Part shown: one piece after another, positions 63,362-64,000 of the stretch
Layout of the letters: every line of letters begins with the position of its first letter
How positions within the stretch are numbered: the first letter of the stretch is position 1
From: Planctomycetota bacterium
GTDB lineage: Bacteria > Planctomycetota > UBA1135 > GCA-002748355
DNA: 64,000 nucleotides
Reading direction: 5' to 3'
NCBI GenBank assembly: GCA_026984035.1
Contig: JALSSW010000071.1
Coordinates: 230 to 64,229, forward strand
Program-made: the position numbers and the translations under genes
Notes under the pieces: model-generated
What the model was told of the DNA's origin: nothing
The model's input: only the letters and a program-made list of their open reading frames with translations
Databases searched by the model: none

Positions 63362-64000
63362 ATGTCTTCAATTGCACTCATTCTTTGCCTGTCCTTCATC
63401 GCTCCTCTTCCTCTGCAGGCACAAAACAAGGGAGCAGTACAGACATTCCCCAGGTTCCATCCAAACCGAACGCGGCTTGAACGCTTCCACCGAATGATCA
63501 CCTCGCGGGTCCGACTTGCCGGAACCAAGGGGGACCTTGAATCCGCAGACCAAGTGAAAGAAGTTTTCCTTGCGGCAGGACTCAAGATCGAAGAGCACAA
63601 CTATCGTGTCTATCTTTCCCGCCCAAAAACCGCGAACCTCAGCCTCCTTACAGCCAAACCTCAAAAACTCCCCATGGGTGAGAAAGGTTTCGAATGGGAC
63701 AGTGCTTCTTTTCAGACCAAAGAAGTCATCCCGCACCTTGCCTATACCCCTTCCTGTGATCTCAAGGGAAGAGTTGTTTATGCCAACTATGGACTACCGG
63801 AGGACTACAAAACCCTAAAAAGCCTTGGTGTCGATGTCAGGGGGCGCATCGTGCTGGTGCGCTATGGGCACTCCTTTCGAGGCGTCAAAGTGCAGCTCGC
63901 AGAGGAACATGGAGCAAAGGCCATCCTGATTTACTCCGACCCCGCAGATGATGGTTTCACCAAGGGGGATCCATACCCAAAGGGCAAGTTTCGCCCCAAG
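63362..64000 (+). CDS. Secreted M28-family peptidase with PA domain (glutamate carboxypeptidase II / NAALADase-like), N-terminal part; continues beyond window end
   Basis: Not in the ORF track (no stop inside the window). Own translation from ATG 63362: MSSIALILCLSFIAPLPLQAQ...LAGTKGDLESADQV...GRVVYANYGLPEDYKTLKSLGVDVRGRIVLVRYGHSFRGVKVQLAEEHGAKAILIYSDPADDG. The last stretch is the typical PA-domain string of GCPII-like enzymes. Confidence 0.7.
   Translation, partial: MSSIALILCLSFIAPLPLQAQNKGAVQTFPRFHPNRTRLERFHRMITSRVRLAGTKGDLESADQVKEVFLAAGLKIEEHNYRVYLSRPKTANLSLLTAKPQKLPMGEKGFEWDSASFQTKEVIPHLAYTPSCDLKGRVVYANYGLPEDYKTLKSLGVDVRGRIVLVRYGHSFRGVKVQLAEEHGAKAILIYSDPADDGFTKGDPYPKGKFRPK

Noticed and set aside
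1-64000. Search by eye for tRNA, rRNA or tmRNA genes, CRISPR repeats, IS elements or inverted terminal repeats, integrases, toxin-antitoxin pairs and defence genes.
   Set aside because: None was found. The non-coding gaps are short (the longest are about 300, 233, 220, 214 and 160 nt) and lack cloverleaf-like or repeat structure. A computational scan with tRNAscan-SE, Infernal/Rfam or MinCED would be needed to exclude them formally.

Overview
This 64-kb segment is almost fully coding, with about 41 CDS. By eye I found no rRNA, tRNA, CRISPR array, transposase, integrase or phage genes. All protein calls rest on motifs read from the supplied translations and on two ORFs I translated myself at the window edges; no database search was possible.

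The gene content suggests a PVC-superphylum-like bacterium (Planctomycetota or Verrucomicrobiota type), which I cannot verify. It includes BatA-type double-TM/vWA proteins, a secreted prenyltransferase-repeat protein, PQQ-type propellers, a DUF1570-like HExxH protein, NPCBM-like and Kelch secreted proteins, and GT-C glycosyltransferases.

The housekeeping blocks are:
- a SahR-like ArsR/methyltransferase regulator translationally coupled to a truncated metH-like gene
- gshA
- glcDEF
- a PduO-type adenosyltransferase
- dapF
- guaB-guaA followed by a NatAB-like ABC exporter
- a MacB/FtsX-type ABC exporter
- ogt
- trmFO
- apbC/mrp

The most unusual content is a ten-gene, roughly 19.5-kb minus-strand operon (19261..38791). 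It joins a Bat/vWA-type envelope module, with no MoxR or DUF58 gene in the window, to three other parts: a TPR/PQQ propeller, a prenyltransferase-like toroid, and an NPCBM-like protein followed by three HtrA-type protease domains. Only one of those three protease domains keeps its catalytic triad.

Other points worth a second look:
- a kinase C-lobe remnant fused to a GT-C glycosyltransferase
- a GIDE-LemA fusion
- a response regulator with a degenerate HD-GYP-like domain behind a sigma-54-like promoter motif
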